Source: Folioceros fuciformis (lineage: Eukaryota). Taken from it: DNA of 64,000 nucleotides. The notes beneath the pieces are model-generated. The model saw only the letters and a program-made list of their open reading frames with translations. It was not told the origin of the DNA and ran no database searches. The stretch lies in NCBI GenBank assembly GCA_049999805.1, contig JBNGIO010004611.1:1-64000 (forward strand), given 5' to 3'. Each line of letters opens with the position of its first letter. Positions within the stretch are counted from its first letter, which is position 1. The position numbers and the translations under genes are program-made. Shown piece after piece: positions 1-11,372 of this stretch.

Positions 1-749
1 GGGCTGCAGCCTCGGCAACGTTAGAATCCCAAGCCGAATATTCTTTCCTCCACCCTCCCGGGGGCCGGGCCCCCCGCACACACATCACCCACGCTAACCA
101 TGACTGTTACACATGGACCCAGCCCGAGCCTTATGACCCATAACCTCCAAACCATATCCAGACCTTTGTACAAGTCTCAGTTAAGCTTGTTGGAATTGTT
201 TAATAATTTTGCATCGTTTTACAAAAAATCTTGCTATGAGATTAACATGCTATGCTATTGATTGATGATAATGAAACATAAATATTCATCAAATCGTGTG
301 ATATTATAAAAAGTATTTCAAATAAAATTTCAAAGGTTTGGAAAAAAATAATAAAGTAAAAAAAGTAAGATATTCTTAAAGAAAGAAACGTGGGAAAGGA
401 GACAAGAAGGGAGAGGTGTGGAGTTGCGGGCCGCCGCCGTGAAGCCCAAGGCAGGAGGAAGGGAGGGACATGCGAAGGCGATGATTGGGCAGGCGGGCAG
501 GGGATGGGCTTGCCCTATAATCAGACTTCTTCTTCTTCTTGTTTGTGGATGGCTGGGTTCGGGAGAGTTGTTGGGCTAATCTTGGGATGGGTGGAAACAC
601 GATAATACCCGAGCGGGGCCGGCTGGGGGACCAGAAAGCAGTGCGGGGCCCAGGAATGCGAATTGGAATTGGAATCGCTGGCCTTCCTTTCTCTCTGTGT
701 CTCTTTTGCGCGCCTTTGGAATGCGCAACTGGCATCGGGTATGCCGAGA

Positions 750-875
750 GGAGGAGAGCAGAGACGGAGCCAGAGACAGAGCAGAAGAGAAGAGCAGAGA
801 CAGAGCCAAAGACAGAGCAAAAGAGAAGAGGAGAGCAGAGACAGAGCCAGAGACAGAGCACAAGAGAAGAGAAGA
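750..875. repeat. GA-rich imperfect tandem repeat, ~3 copies of a 36-41 bp unit (gaggagagcagagacagagccagagacagagcagaagagaa)
   Basis: Unit visibly repeated three times; it generates the spurious low-complexity ORFs (RAETEPETEQK / SVSALLFC) in all frames. Confidence 0.85.
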
Positions 876-2489
876 GAGGGCAGCGAGATGAAAGATTTGG
901 TTTCCCCTGGCCCTTGGGAGGTACGCTGCGATCCGAGCCCGATCCCATCCCGAAGAAGGCAGCAGCCAAGGCTGGTGGGAATGGAAAAGGAAAGGAACAC
1001 GTATGGCCCAGTTTGTTGATGGTGGTAATGCAAAAGGAAGCGGGGAGGAAACGCGGTGCCCCCTAAAGGACCAACACGTACGTGACCGGCAACCGGCAAC
1101 AGGCTGGGGCCAGCGCGGGGAGGAATATCTCGGGCTAAGGCCAACCAAGGCTGAGGAGGCTGATGAGAGGGCCCGAGGCTCGGGCCCGAGGCTGGGGCCG
1201 TCCGGCTCCGGACCTGGCCCCGGCCCCGGCCTCGGCCGTGTCAGAGCCCGTTATCGGACTAGGCTGACGTTCCGGATTCGATTCTGGTCCCCATTTAGGA
1301 TGCTATCATGTGTGAAGACGACCGCGAGGCGCGATTCGGATAATACATACACCACTTCGGGGAGCGGTGCGATGCTTGACTTGTGGCGACTCGTCTTCAC
1401 AAGTCCTTCTCTTCTCCTTCGCATTCCCTTCCCCTTCCATCCGATTCCATGCCTGCCCTGGTCTGCCCTTCCCCGGCACACCCCGCGCTACCCACTGGAA
1501 TTCCACCACCGGCTGCAGCCGGTCGCCGCCTTGTGTACCGGCAGTTATGCTGCCGTTGGGCCCAGCCTCGGGATGCAGAAACAACCGAGAGGGAAAGGCG
1601 GCGTGTGTGGGAACGGGAAAGCGGGTAGGTGAGACTACGCGTAGGACACTCGCACTTGCACTTGGGGTTACAACTTGCCACAAACCCATGGCTCCTGTGA
1701 GTGCGCTTGTCACGAGGCCGCTGCTGCACCTGCTGGCTATGGGAATGCGACGCAGATGCAGACGCAGGCGCAGGCGAGAAGAGAGGAAAGGAGAGGAGAC
1801 GAAAGATTGTTAACTCATAACTGCCTGTGTAACAAGAAGAAAGAAAAGCCATCTAAAGTGCTACTGTTGCATGCCTTGGTGTTGTGTGGTCTCAAAGTAT
1901 TGCACAGACCCAGGACTGGACATGTGTAGGGGTAGGCTGGTACTGCGAGGCCATGCACATGTACCCAGAAGTGCCTCTCAAATTGCTTTGCCTTTGCCCT
2001 AGCCCAATCTCCGCGTAGCCCTTCCTCGGCCAATGCCAACTCTCACTCAACGAAAGGCGTCTGACACCAACTGCCGCAGGGCTTATCGACAATGTGCACA
2101 ACTGCTCCAACTGCGACGGAGGCAGCAGCAGGGTGCACTGTGCCGACCTGGTCATGGCTGCTCATGTGTCGTGTATCCGCTTACATACATACAATATACA
2201 TGGGTAGTCCAGTGTTGTAGCAGGATTTGGACTGTCAGTCTGTGTTGTGATGAGCTGGACGGCCAATGGCTGGACAGTGGGAACCTACTCTACTGTGGTG
2301 TGCATGTGGGAGCTCATCCACTCCCTCACACTACTGCCACTCAAACACATTCCTCTCCATTGGCTGCTTCCTCTTCACTCATCACAGCGTCCCTCCAGTC
2401 CGGCCTAAACCAGGCAACTCCTACCAGGTCTGTACAGTGAGGGAACATGTGTGCATGTTACACAGCCTAGCTGCAGCCCCCTTTTATCA

Positions 2490-4631
2490 TCAGCTTGCGT
2501 GCTGGTGCTCGGAGGCTGGGTCGGGAGCCTGGGGATCGGAGGATGATGCTGCTCCTGCTGCTGCTGCTGGTTTCATCATTTTCACCGCAATGAGAGGACA
2601 CGGGCTGTTGTGAGACAGGTAGTCGCTCACGCTGCCGAGGAATGTCCTGCAAGCAAACCCACCAATGTCACACACACACACACATGGATGTGTTGTATTC
2701 GCACGTCAATAGCTGCAAATGGCCTGCGGAATCGAGACTGGATCTGGAAAAGAAATACAGTAACAAGGCCAAGGCTTGTCAGACTGCCCCAACAGTACCT
2801 GGCCAACAGGCTGTGCTCGTGGTAGCCCACCACTACAGCATCCGCCTTCAAAGCCTTCACTCCCTCCAACAGCTTCACCTCCGTCGGCCCTTGTACTACC
2901 ACCCCCTCGCACTTCATCTGCGCACGCCACACCACCCGGGAGGGAGGAGAACGAGGAGAAGAAACATCAGCAGCCAGCATCTTGCGACGCTTTCCATGCA
3001 CCTGCCATCCAACCAGTTGCAACCGTGGAAACTGTAAACCCCCCCGTCACCACTTGCCTGAGCTTCCCCGCACACATATTGCATGTACTCCTCCACCATC
3101 TTCTCACTTCCTTTTAGGACATCCACCTTTTCCTCGTCTTGGACTGCCGGCACAATCACGGACTGCACTCCCAAGGGACCTGGCCAAATTAGAGCCACCA
3201 CCTCAGCCAACCAAGTTAGCCAAATGTAATATCTCGCACGGGGGCCCAGCACGCCGCATGCTTTCATGGTTTTGGAGCCTTGGCGTGCACGCACCAGTCA
3301 CCAGTCCTGAAGACGACCCCAGACCCTGCGGTTGGACGTGGTAGATGATAACCCTGTCCGATTTGTTGCACAAGTTGTCAACCGCCCATACCAAAGCATA
3401 GGTTGACTACACAAACAAACGCATCGCATTTTTTCACACTGTGTCCCATGATTCTACAATCTCCAATCATCTGCTAACACATGACAACACCCAGGTGACG
3501 CCATTGTCAAGCACGCCTGTAGTGGGGATCTGGCAATCGTACCTCCTTGGAACCGTCCACAGCAACCACAACCTTTCTCGATAATCCTGATGATCCCAAA
3601 GGATCGTGATCCTCGAGGTGCTCCGATTGCCTCACGATTATCACAGAGCATGGAGAACGGTGCAAAACGTAGTCGCTTATGCTCCCTAGGATTGTTCTGA
3701 CACAACACAACACAAAACAAAACAAAACAAAACGAAACAAAGCACGACGTGAGTGTGGGCACACGGTCCCCTCAGAGTCTCAATGCCTCGCTTGGCCCAG
3801 ACATGCACACATCACTGGACCCGGACACTGTGTGTCCCACCTCTCCTATAAAAGCCCAGCACAAATCCACTGCCTCTTCCAACACCAACTACTGTATTCC
3901 ACCACCTTTTCAGCATTCCGTATCCATGACTGCCCACGCAAACAACATCCGCTCCCTTTCGTTTTGCCTCATCTACGATCCAGCCACCCGCTTCACCTTT
4001 CACAACTTCACCTTCGCATGCTATCTGGGGTGGTGTTCATGCCGTGCCCTGAATGAGCATTCTGGTCCTTTCTCACCCTCACAGTCACGACACCAAGAAA
4101 AGCACCTTCACCCTTTGACAAGAGCAAACTTACTCCACCACGAGCACATTGATCCATATACTTGTGGACGAGAGCTTTGGCGTCCTCAGCCGCAGCCTTT
4201 TTGGCAGCCTCCTCTTCTGTCATGGGTTTCAACACCCTCACTGCATACTCTGGACGGAACTTCGTCAGACACAACGAGGTTGGTTCGTCTTTCAACCTTC
4301 CCAATACTCAAGAGAGATCTAGGATTACGGATACCCACGCCTAACGCCGCACACAAATCTCAGCCCATGGGCTGTAGTGAGACACACTCTATGACATGCC
4401 ATTAGCAGAAACAAACTGGGGCTGAAGAGGGTAGCAGCACCCCACAAGGCTGTGCAACCCACCCGCAGCCAAATCGGGGTCTGCAAAGTTGTTCAGTCCC
4501 ACAAATGGAGCCACGTTGAGCACAATCACGTGGTCATCTTTCCTGAACAGATTGTGGAAGGCCCAGGTGAAGGCGTACGCAGAGGTCTCGCTCTCATCCA
4601 CAGCTACAACGATCTTCCTCGCCTGCGCCAT
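2490..4631 (-). CDS. Universal stress protein (USP-A-like) with two tandem USP domains, about 8 exons
   Basis: Spliced pieces on the - strand: MAQARKIVVAVDESETSAYAFTWAFHNL..DPDLAA / EYAVRVLK..YMDQCARGG / VVKGEAGGWIVDEAKRKGADVVCVGSHGYGMLKR / TILGSISDYVLHRSPCSVIIVR..SRKVVVAVDGSKE / STYALVWAVDNLCNKSDRVIIYHVQP / ..EKMVEEYMQYVCGEAQ / MKCEGVVVQGP..KADAVVVGYHEHSLLA / RTFLGSVSDYLSHNSPCPLIAVK..HAS*. IVVAVD and LGS(V/I)SDY..H..PC are USP hallmarks; GT-AG boundaries are present. Confidence 0.9.
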
Positions 4632-4853
4632 CTTCACGACCAACTACTCTTCGTCTGGTATTTACGCTTCCCTGCTGCTGCTTGCTAGAGTATGAAAGGA
4701 GGCGGTGAAGTGGACTCTTCCACGCGGCGGCCTGAAGTCTCGCAGAGCCTTCTGACGTGGCCTCCTTCTCCAGTGCCATCGGTGAAACCACGAGTCTCGG
4801 CTAGGTAATTTTCGTTTGCCCGCCCTGACGCTGGTCTCGGCAGCTGCGTTCCG

Positions 4854-5327
4854 ATGCGGCTGCACGCCTGGGAGATCTCAGTAGGTGCCGCTGCGACACG
4901 CTCCGGGTCCCCGTTGCTGGGCCTCCGGCACGTGAGGCCTGTGCGTAGGTCTTGTTCCCAGGCAGTCCAGGTGCGGGTGAGAGCAGCCCAAGGAGGGCGG
5001 CAGAGGCAGAGGCTGCGGCTGGTGGATGTGATCCGCCTCCTGCCCGGCTACACCACGACCTACTTCAAGAGTCCGTTCCGGAGGGCTTTGTGGGGCGGGA
5101 TCTCTTTGTTGGGCGGTTTCTATGTTGCCCAGACCATCAATCTGTCGTTCGGAGCTCTTGGAGTGAACGATGTCATCGCTGCTGCTGTCTGCGTGCTCTT
5201 CACCGAGTATGTGACTCAGTACTACCGCACTCGCAAGAAAGCATCCTTCCCAGCTGCTCTGCTCAACAATTTCAAGCTGGGTTTCACGTATGGCCTCTTT
5301 ATTGATGCTTTCAAGCTCGCCAGCTAA
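4854..5327 (+). CDS. Ycf20-like (DUF565) chloroplast protein, NPQ6-like
   Basis: Intronless 157-aa ORF with an Arg/Ser/Ala-rich transit-peptide-like N-terminus and the Ycf20 core SPFRRALWGGISLLGGFYVAQTINLSFGALGVNDVIAA...LLNNFKLGFTYGLFIDAFKLAS*. Confidence 0.9.
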   Translation: MRLHAWEISVGAAATRSGSPLLGLRHVRPVRRSCSQAVQVRVRAAQGGRQRQRLRLVDVIRLLPGYTTTYFKSPFRRALWGGISLLGGFYVAQTINLSFGALGVNDVIAAAVCVLFTEYVTQYYRTRKKASFPAALLNNFKLGFTYGLFIDAFKLAS

Positions 5328-6099
5328 CTGTAGGGCTTGTGGATTGCGGATTCCAAGTTCCTGTGTGACACATTTGACAATCGAGGGAGCAGGCCAGCCT
5401 CGCATCCGTGTTCCGAAGGTGACAGAGTGCAAGCGACTTGCATGGGATATCCGAACCTACAGACCTAGTTTGGCAGGCATCAAATATGTGGAGTGACCCC
5501 CAATCAGCCATGCTGCCTTTTGACATGGGGTAAGAACCTGAAGCTAGTTGTGAAGGTTGCTGAACTGGGTGGGCATTGTTCTCTACATTCATTTCACAAA
5601 CATCAATGTTCCCCCATGCTGTACGGGATACATTTTTTGTGCGGGATGTTCCAAATGTGAGTCACGAGCTAGGTATCGCACACAGACTTCAGGAACAAGA
5701 AGAAGAACCGACATCCACGCATGACCCTTTATGGAGAAAAGGCTTGCCTTCACTCGTGTGTTACACGCAGATGTTGCACTGGAACGCGTTGGGCTTGGGT
5801 GCTTAGCAAGTGTGGCTAGCTGGTGACGGCCATTGTAGAAAAGTCTGTTTCATTCACATGTGAAGCAGATGATTTAGGGTCCCAAGCTCTTGCGAAAGCT
5901 CCACCAGCCTGGCATGGACGAAGTGCATCCAGGCACGAGTGCTCACACAGCCCCTTACAACACTAGGACAAATATATTGCACGTGCAGCTGCAATGAGGC
6001 ACTCTGCTTCATCTGTACGCACTGAACAACAGCCTCCTTGAATGCAATGCGTCATTGAGCATGATTTGCTTGTGCGAGGGGCCTCTAAGGTTTGGAGAG

Positions 6100-6250
6100 G
6101 GAACAAGGACTGCAAAATCGAATATGTTGCCAGCAGTTTATGTACACAAAGTGTGGCAAGCTGGAGTGTGTGTAGCGTGTGTTTGATGAGCTTGGACAAA
6201 GAGATTTGATTCCATGGAGTACCTTGATGGTAGGATTGTCTTAGCAGGAA
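6100..6250 (+). pseudogene. Degenerate PLS-PPR fragment (part of L, S and P motifs)
   Basis: Reads EQGLQ..MYTKCGKLECV*RVFDELGQRDLIPWSTLMVGLS*Q, matching the EQGLQ..[30 protein letters not shown].GYSQQ motif of the PPR genes at 25-60 kb, with in-frame stops. Confidence 0.7.
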
Positions 6251-6952
6251 CACTCACAACAATATTAGCAAGGATCTAGACCCTAAGTGAGCCAAACCAT
6301 CTTCCTTTGCCCTAATTGTGTATTGTAACAAAGTGAGTCTCCTTTCTTTGACCTAATTATATATCCTATATATAATCTAAATTAAAAAAAAGTCTAGAAT
6401 CTGCAGCTTTGAAAATAAGGGGTTGGACGGAAAGGCGGCTAAGTTGTCTACGTTATGCACGGTGCTGTGTTGGAGGTGTAAGCTGAAAGCCTAGAATTGC
6501 CTCATAATACGGCCTAGGGAGAAAATATGTCGGTCCGTAACCACGTCCTCAGCCCAGTGTGTACACCGCTTGGCTCGGTTCGGCTCACCGCCTGGTATTC
6601 GGATATTAGAGCCGTGCTTTGCGAGGAAGGGAGCAGGGGATTGACGCCGCGAAGGATTTGAAAGGTATGCTCTGTGTTGCGCACTCAGGATTGCTGGTGG
6701 CGCAGTTTGCTGGTAGTCTCGATTGTTCGGCAAGCGGCCGCAGTCTGAGCGAAAGGAGGGCGTGTGGAAGGCGGCTGCGGCGGGTATGCACGGGCATCAC
6801 CTTGAGGGACAGGCAGTGGGGTTGGTTGTAAGTGCTAGCTTATCTACTGCTCTTTGCCTGCAGCCAGGGCATCATTTGCTCAACTGTCCGGGCTGTGGTC
6901 TGGGGAGAGCTGTTTCTCTCCAGACCTAGCAGCCTCAGGCGTGTGGTCGGCA

Positions 6953-8224
6953 ATGGAAGTCCAGACTTGTGGCAAGCCTATCGATAGCTTGCTGGAGAGA
7001 GTATTGTGCATGAACATCTTGTCTTCCGACTACTTCAAGGATCTCTATAGACTGAAGACCTACCATGAAGTCATAGACGAGATTTACAACCAGGTGGACC
7101 ATGTAGAGCCGTGGATGACGGGGAACTGCCGCGGCCCGTCCACTGCATTCTGCCTGCTCTACAAATTCTTCACCATGAAGCTTACGGTGAAGCAGATGCA
7201 GGGGTTGCTCAACCACGGCGATTCTCCTTACATCAGAGCGGTAGGGTTTCTGTATCTACGCTACGTAGGTGATCCCAAGACGCTGTGGGGATGGTTTTCG
7301 CAGTATGTGACGGACGAGGAGGAGTTTGCTCCTGGATCCAATGGCAGGAAGACGACTATGGGAGCCTATGTCCGGGACCTGCTGCTTGACCAGTATTACT
7401 TCGACACTCTGTTCCCACGCATACCTGTGCCTGTGCTGAGAAGTTTGACAGCAAACCTGGAACGTCTGAAGCTCTCAACACAGCCGTCTGGTGTGACAGG
7501 TACCAGTGGTCGCCATGCTGCAGATGATACTGCTCGACGGCCGCCTTCAGTCAAGGCTGCTCTGTCTGTTTCTTTTGGCCAGCGTGCTCCTCACCGTGCC
7601 TCCACTCGGGATTCTTCTCCGGTGCGCAGGAACTTGCCTATAGAGGCGCAACGAAATGGGGACGATCGTCGAGGGCAGCCCAGTAGGGACAGGGAGGCCG
7701 ACAGGGCCAGGGATAGGGAAAAGGACAGGGAGAGGGACCGCGACAGGGAGAGGGAGCGGGAGAGGGCCAGAGATAGGGATAGGGACAGGGATAGGGATAG
7801 AGACAGAGAACGGGATAGGGCTCGGGACAGACACCGGGATGAGCCTTCCAGAGACCGCGATCATGACAAGGCCAGGGAAAGAGATGGAGAACGGAGCAGG
7901 GGGGCAAGGGACCGCGGTCAGGACAGGCAAGATGATAGAGCTAGAGGCAGGGACCGAGACAGGGGTCCAGACAAGGATAGGAAAGGGGAGAACGATGCTC
8001 ACCGCAGCAGGAGTCGAAGTCCTGTCCGGTCAGGAAAGGCTGAGCGACTTCGCTCCCGGAGTCCAGCTGCGGACATTGCTCCTGCGTCAAACAGATTGAG
8101 CAAACTGCTAGACGTGTATGGTGATGCTAGTGCAAAGACTAAGGAGTCGGGTGATTATATGATCCGTGGCAAAGATGTCCAGTCAGAAGATGTCATTCGA
8201 TTGGGTGCCTCAACCTGGAGGTGA
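6953..8224 (+). CDS. PRP38B: Pre-mRNA splicing factor PRP38B-like (SRL1-like) with RD/RE/RS-rich C-terminus
   Basis: MEVQTCGKPIDSLLERVLCMNILSSDYFK..VDHVEPWMTGNCRGPSTAFCLLYKFFTMKLTVKQM..DSPYIRAVGFLYLRY is the PRP38 domain, followed by RDRDRE repeats and RSRSRSP. ATG at 6953; the CDS is uninterrupted; probable 5'UTR intron ending ttctctccag at ~6923. Confidence 0.93.
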   Translation: MEVQTCGKPIDSLLERVLCMNILSSDYFKDLYRLKTYHEVIDEIYNQVDHVEPWMTGNCRGPSTAFCLLYKFFTMKLTVKQMQGLLNHGDSPYIRAVGFLYLRYVGDPKTLWGWFSQYVTDEEEFAPGSNGRKTTMGAYVRDLLLDQYYFDTLFPRIPVPVLRSLTANLERLKLSTQPSGVTGTSGRHAADDTARRPPSVKAALSVSFGQRAPHRASTRDSSPVRRNLPIEAQRNGDDRRGQPSRDREADRARDREKDRERDRDRERERERARDRDRDRDRDRDRERDRARDRHRDEPSRDRDHDKARERDGERSRGARDRGQDRQDDRARGRDRDRGPDKDRKGENDAHRSRSRSPVRSGKAERLRSRSPAADIAPASNRLSKLLDVYGDASAKTKESGDYMIRGKDVQSEDVIRLGASTWR

Positions 8225-8988
8225 TCGATGTAGTCTTGTATAATCTACTAATGTTGATGGCTCTCGTGCACTGGCACACATGGTTGCAAAGGAGTTGTGT
8301 GATGATTCGGGTTAGGTTGTTGGCAGTAGATGAAGTTTGGTCTTAGCAAAGGATAGTGTAGTGGGTGTGCCAAAAATTGCCTGGGTCAGTTTTCCTCTCT
8401 TTTTTTTTTTTCACTGGAAGAAGCTGTCATAGCTTGATGCGCAGGAGTCAATGGAGTCCAGTACTGAAGGTGTGTGGGGTTGCCTGGTTCAGATTTTTGT
8501 TTGTCACTGGAGGAAGCTGTGAAAGCTTGATCCTTGGCGCATCATCGCATCCGCAGGTGGAGGTGCGTTACCACCAGGTACTCACATGCACCGCCGAGTG
8601 CACAAATCCTAGGTGCGAAAAGTGTAGTTGCTTCAGCTTATGTGAAAATTTGCCAGTCTTGAGGGGGTTGTCCATCAAGCGGGCATCCTATCACCCTTTA
8701 TGGGCTGGACGAAAGATTATCTTTTGCGTCGAATCATTACTGGTTCGTGTCTGTAAGTCACTAGGTTATGTACAACAGTCACATTGGGAACTGATTATCG
8801 CAAGTAATTTATCAATCAGCATCTTTAGGCATGATGGATTTTACGTCCAGCTGGAGACGATATTCCGTGTTCAATGGAGCCAAGGCTGCCAACTTCGCGC
8901 CACAACCATGTCGAGTGCTAACTGTTCTTCTTGTTCTTGCCTGACTGGTCATTGATCACAACACGAGTTTTCGTACGTAGGCCGAAAC

Positions 8989-9075
8989 GGTGGATAGCTG
9001 ACGTGGGCGGACGGGGCAGCGGATGGCCAACGCGGTAGGTTTGAAATTTGAATTAGCTTCCTCGGCTCTATAAAA
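8989..9075 (+). promoter_or_regulatory. Histone promoter: degenerate plant type I element (Oct/Hex) plus TATA box
   Basis: ggtggatagctgacgtgg (8989-9006) aligns to the reverse complement of the plant histone type I element CCACGTCANCGATCCGCG with an exact TGACGTGG half; tataaaaa at ~9068, about 115 bp upstream of the H2A ATG. Confidence 0.55.
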
Positions 9076-9185
9076 ACTGTCACAAATTCTCTGGAAACAC
9101 ATCGCACCTCCCTACATAGAAGATCTCCTGCATTTCCATCTCAAGACGAGCTTTTCGTGTCGTGCAAGCCATTGTAATTGGCAAG

Positions 9186-9671
9186 ATGACGGGCCGGGGC
9201 AAGAGCAGCGGCAAGAAGGCAGTGTCTCGCTCAGCGAAGGCAGGGCTGCAATTCCCCGTCGGCAGAATTGCCCGCTTCCTCAAGGCTGGCAAGTATGCAG
9301 CCCGCGTCGGGGCGGGCGCGCCCGTCTATCTTGCAGCCGTCCTGGAATATCTTGCAGCTGAGGTAATGCTCTGTTCTGTGTCATGTGTAAATTACATTCA
9401 TGAATGAAACGTGCAAATTGCAGTTGGTGACGAGAGTCCGTCATGTTTGCAGGTTCTGGAGCTGGCAGGAAATGCGTCCAGGGACAACAAGAAGACCAGA
9501 ATTGTGCCCCGCCACATCCAGTTGGCTGTGAGGAATGACGAGGAGCTCAGCAGGTTGCTCGGGACAGTGACAATAGCCAATGGAGGAGTGTTGCCTAACA
9601 TCCACTCCGTTCTCCTACCAAAAAAGACGGGTGGTGCGGGCAAGGGTGGCAAATCAGCCTCTGCCGAGTAG
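9186..9671 (+). CDS. H2A: Histone H2A (131 aa; exons 9186-9362 and 9453-9671)
   Basis: [46 protein letters not shown] | [52 protein letters not shown]; one GT-AG intron (9363-9452) at the usual plant H2A position. Confidence 0.97.
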
Positions 9672-11372
9672 GCTCGTCAGCAGGGACTGCACACTCTCTC
9701 AATGGTGTTTAGTAACACCACCTTTCCCGAGAAATCTTGACTGCTCTGTCTCGCTCGCACAAACGTTGGTGCTTGCATGTGGTGAGCCACTGTGACAGGA
9801 TCCCGTTCAGCCGAGGGTAAGTTCCTCTTCTTTCCTCTTCTCCTGTATCATCGTCCAGCTCCCTGACGTTGAGCGTCACGTGTGACTGGACTTCGGCATT
9901 AGGGCGTGGCGTGGGACAGGGGTAAGGGAGTGAAGAAAGGATATGCCACTTCCAGGAAACGGAATGTGTCACACGTGTGTTCTGCTCTACTTCCTAATGT
10001 GGGTTTCTTTGCGTGGACAGCAGTGCAGTTCTTTCACTTTGCGTGCGTCAGCGTGGGCCCGTTGGGATTTCATGATCCGGATTGGTGCCAAAATGCCGCA
10101 CGGGGGCATCTGATTCGTAGCGTATCCCTTATTTGCAACACCGTGATGCGGTTGCAGTGATAACTTACAATGACATGTTGCTACGATGTGTACATGATAA
10201 AGAGCACGAAAGTCTCCATCAATGTAAGGAATTAACGTTCAGCCAGTGCCCACAGGACGCCCGTGGCTGTGACTTTGTCGCTTGTGACGGGCCATGTGTG
10301 TGATAGCTAGCTGTCCACCGACCACACGCATCTCGCCGTCGTCTGCCAAATGCCACACCCAAGTAGCTTTGAGAAGGGGGCCAAGGCCAGCCGCTGATAA
10401 GCGGGCGAGCAAAAGCAGCAGCAGTGGAGAAAGAACTGCAGAGCCGTGCGCACCGCGTATATGGCATAAGGGAGTCGTGTGGTCGCAAGTTCCCGTCATG
10501 GTCCTGGGCATTTTGGTTGTTGGAATCCCAGGCGTGCCAGGGTTTCATGTCCAAAGTGTGGTGGGGTGTCACCGCCGGTAATGGACCAGATACGGGTGGT
10601 CCCGCGTCGCACTGCCAGCAACGGTCGGGAAGGAAACATGACGCAAGAACAACATTCCAGATATTTGAAGGGAGAGCGTACGGAGATCCGCAATGGGTCC
10701 CTGCATTCCCTGCGTCTCAATCTCCGAAGCGATGAATGCTTCACGAGCGTGAAATCCTACGTGGCATGTCGGAGACACAGCCCCCTGCATCAGTGGAAAC
10801 GGGAATCAAGCATAGCCACCAGCACATGCCGTGGTATCTCCACGGCATCTGGCATCCGTCTTGTGATGGTAAGAAAAAGCGTCGCTCTAGCGGTGGCTCG
10901 GTGGTGAAATCCCCTGCGCCCAGCTCACAGGATACTTCTGTCCTGCTGCCTATGAGAATCCGCAGGCTGTGGCGTCAGATATCTCTGTAGCTTCAACTGC
11001 AGCGACACAACTTCCCGACCCGAGTCTCTCAGTGCTGAGTTTAGGACTCGAATACGTAGTCGGTGGAGTGAGACTATCCCGTCGCCCAATCTGCACATAA
11101 AGGCAATCTCTTCCTCGCCTTTGCTTCCGGGCTTCCTGCTGGGCTTGGTGCCGGATTCCTCAATCAGTGGGGAGGGGGAATGGACCGCTTGCACCCTGTG
11201 GAGGAGTTGAGGGAGGAAAAGTTTTAGCTTTTAGCCTTCCTCCTGCTACTTCTCCTGCTCCTGCCGCTGCTGCTGCCGGCGTGCGCGGAGTTACTGTGCG
11301 TGGTTGCTGGTGCACGGTAGCCGGGGAGGATCAATGCTGTCTTAGCCCCCTGTCTGCGCTGACTTCCTGTAG

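Noticed and set aside
376-2440. Many overlapping 70-210 aa ORFs, including a transit-peptide-like MPALVCPSPAHP.. at 1449 and gggcc-rich promoter-like DNA at 1160-1250
   Set aside because: The ORFs arise from GA repeats and GC-rich stop-poor sequence; I could not build a consistent spliced model or recognise a domain. A gene or ncRNA here is not excluded.
7547-8099. Pro/Ile/Val-rich and Gly/Thr-rich ORFs
   Set aside because: Shadows of the RD-repeat region of PRP38B.
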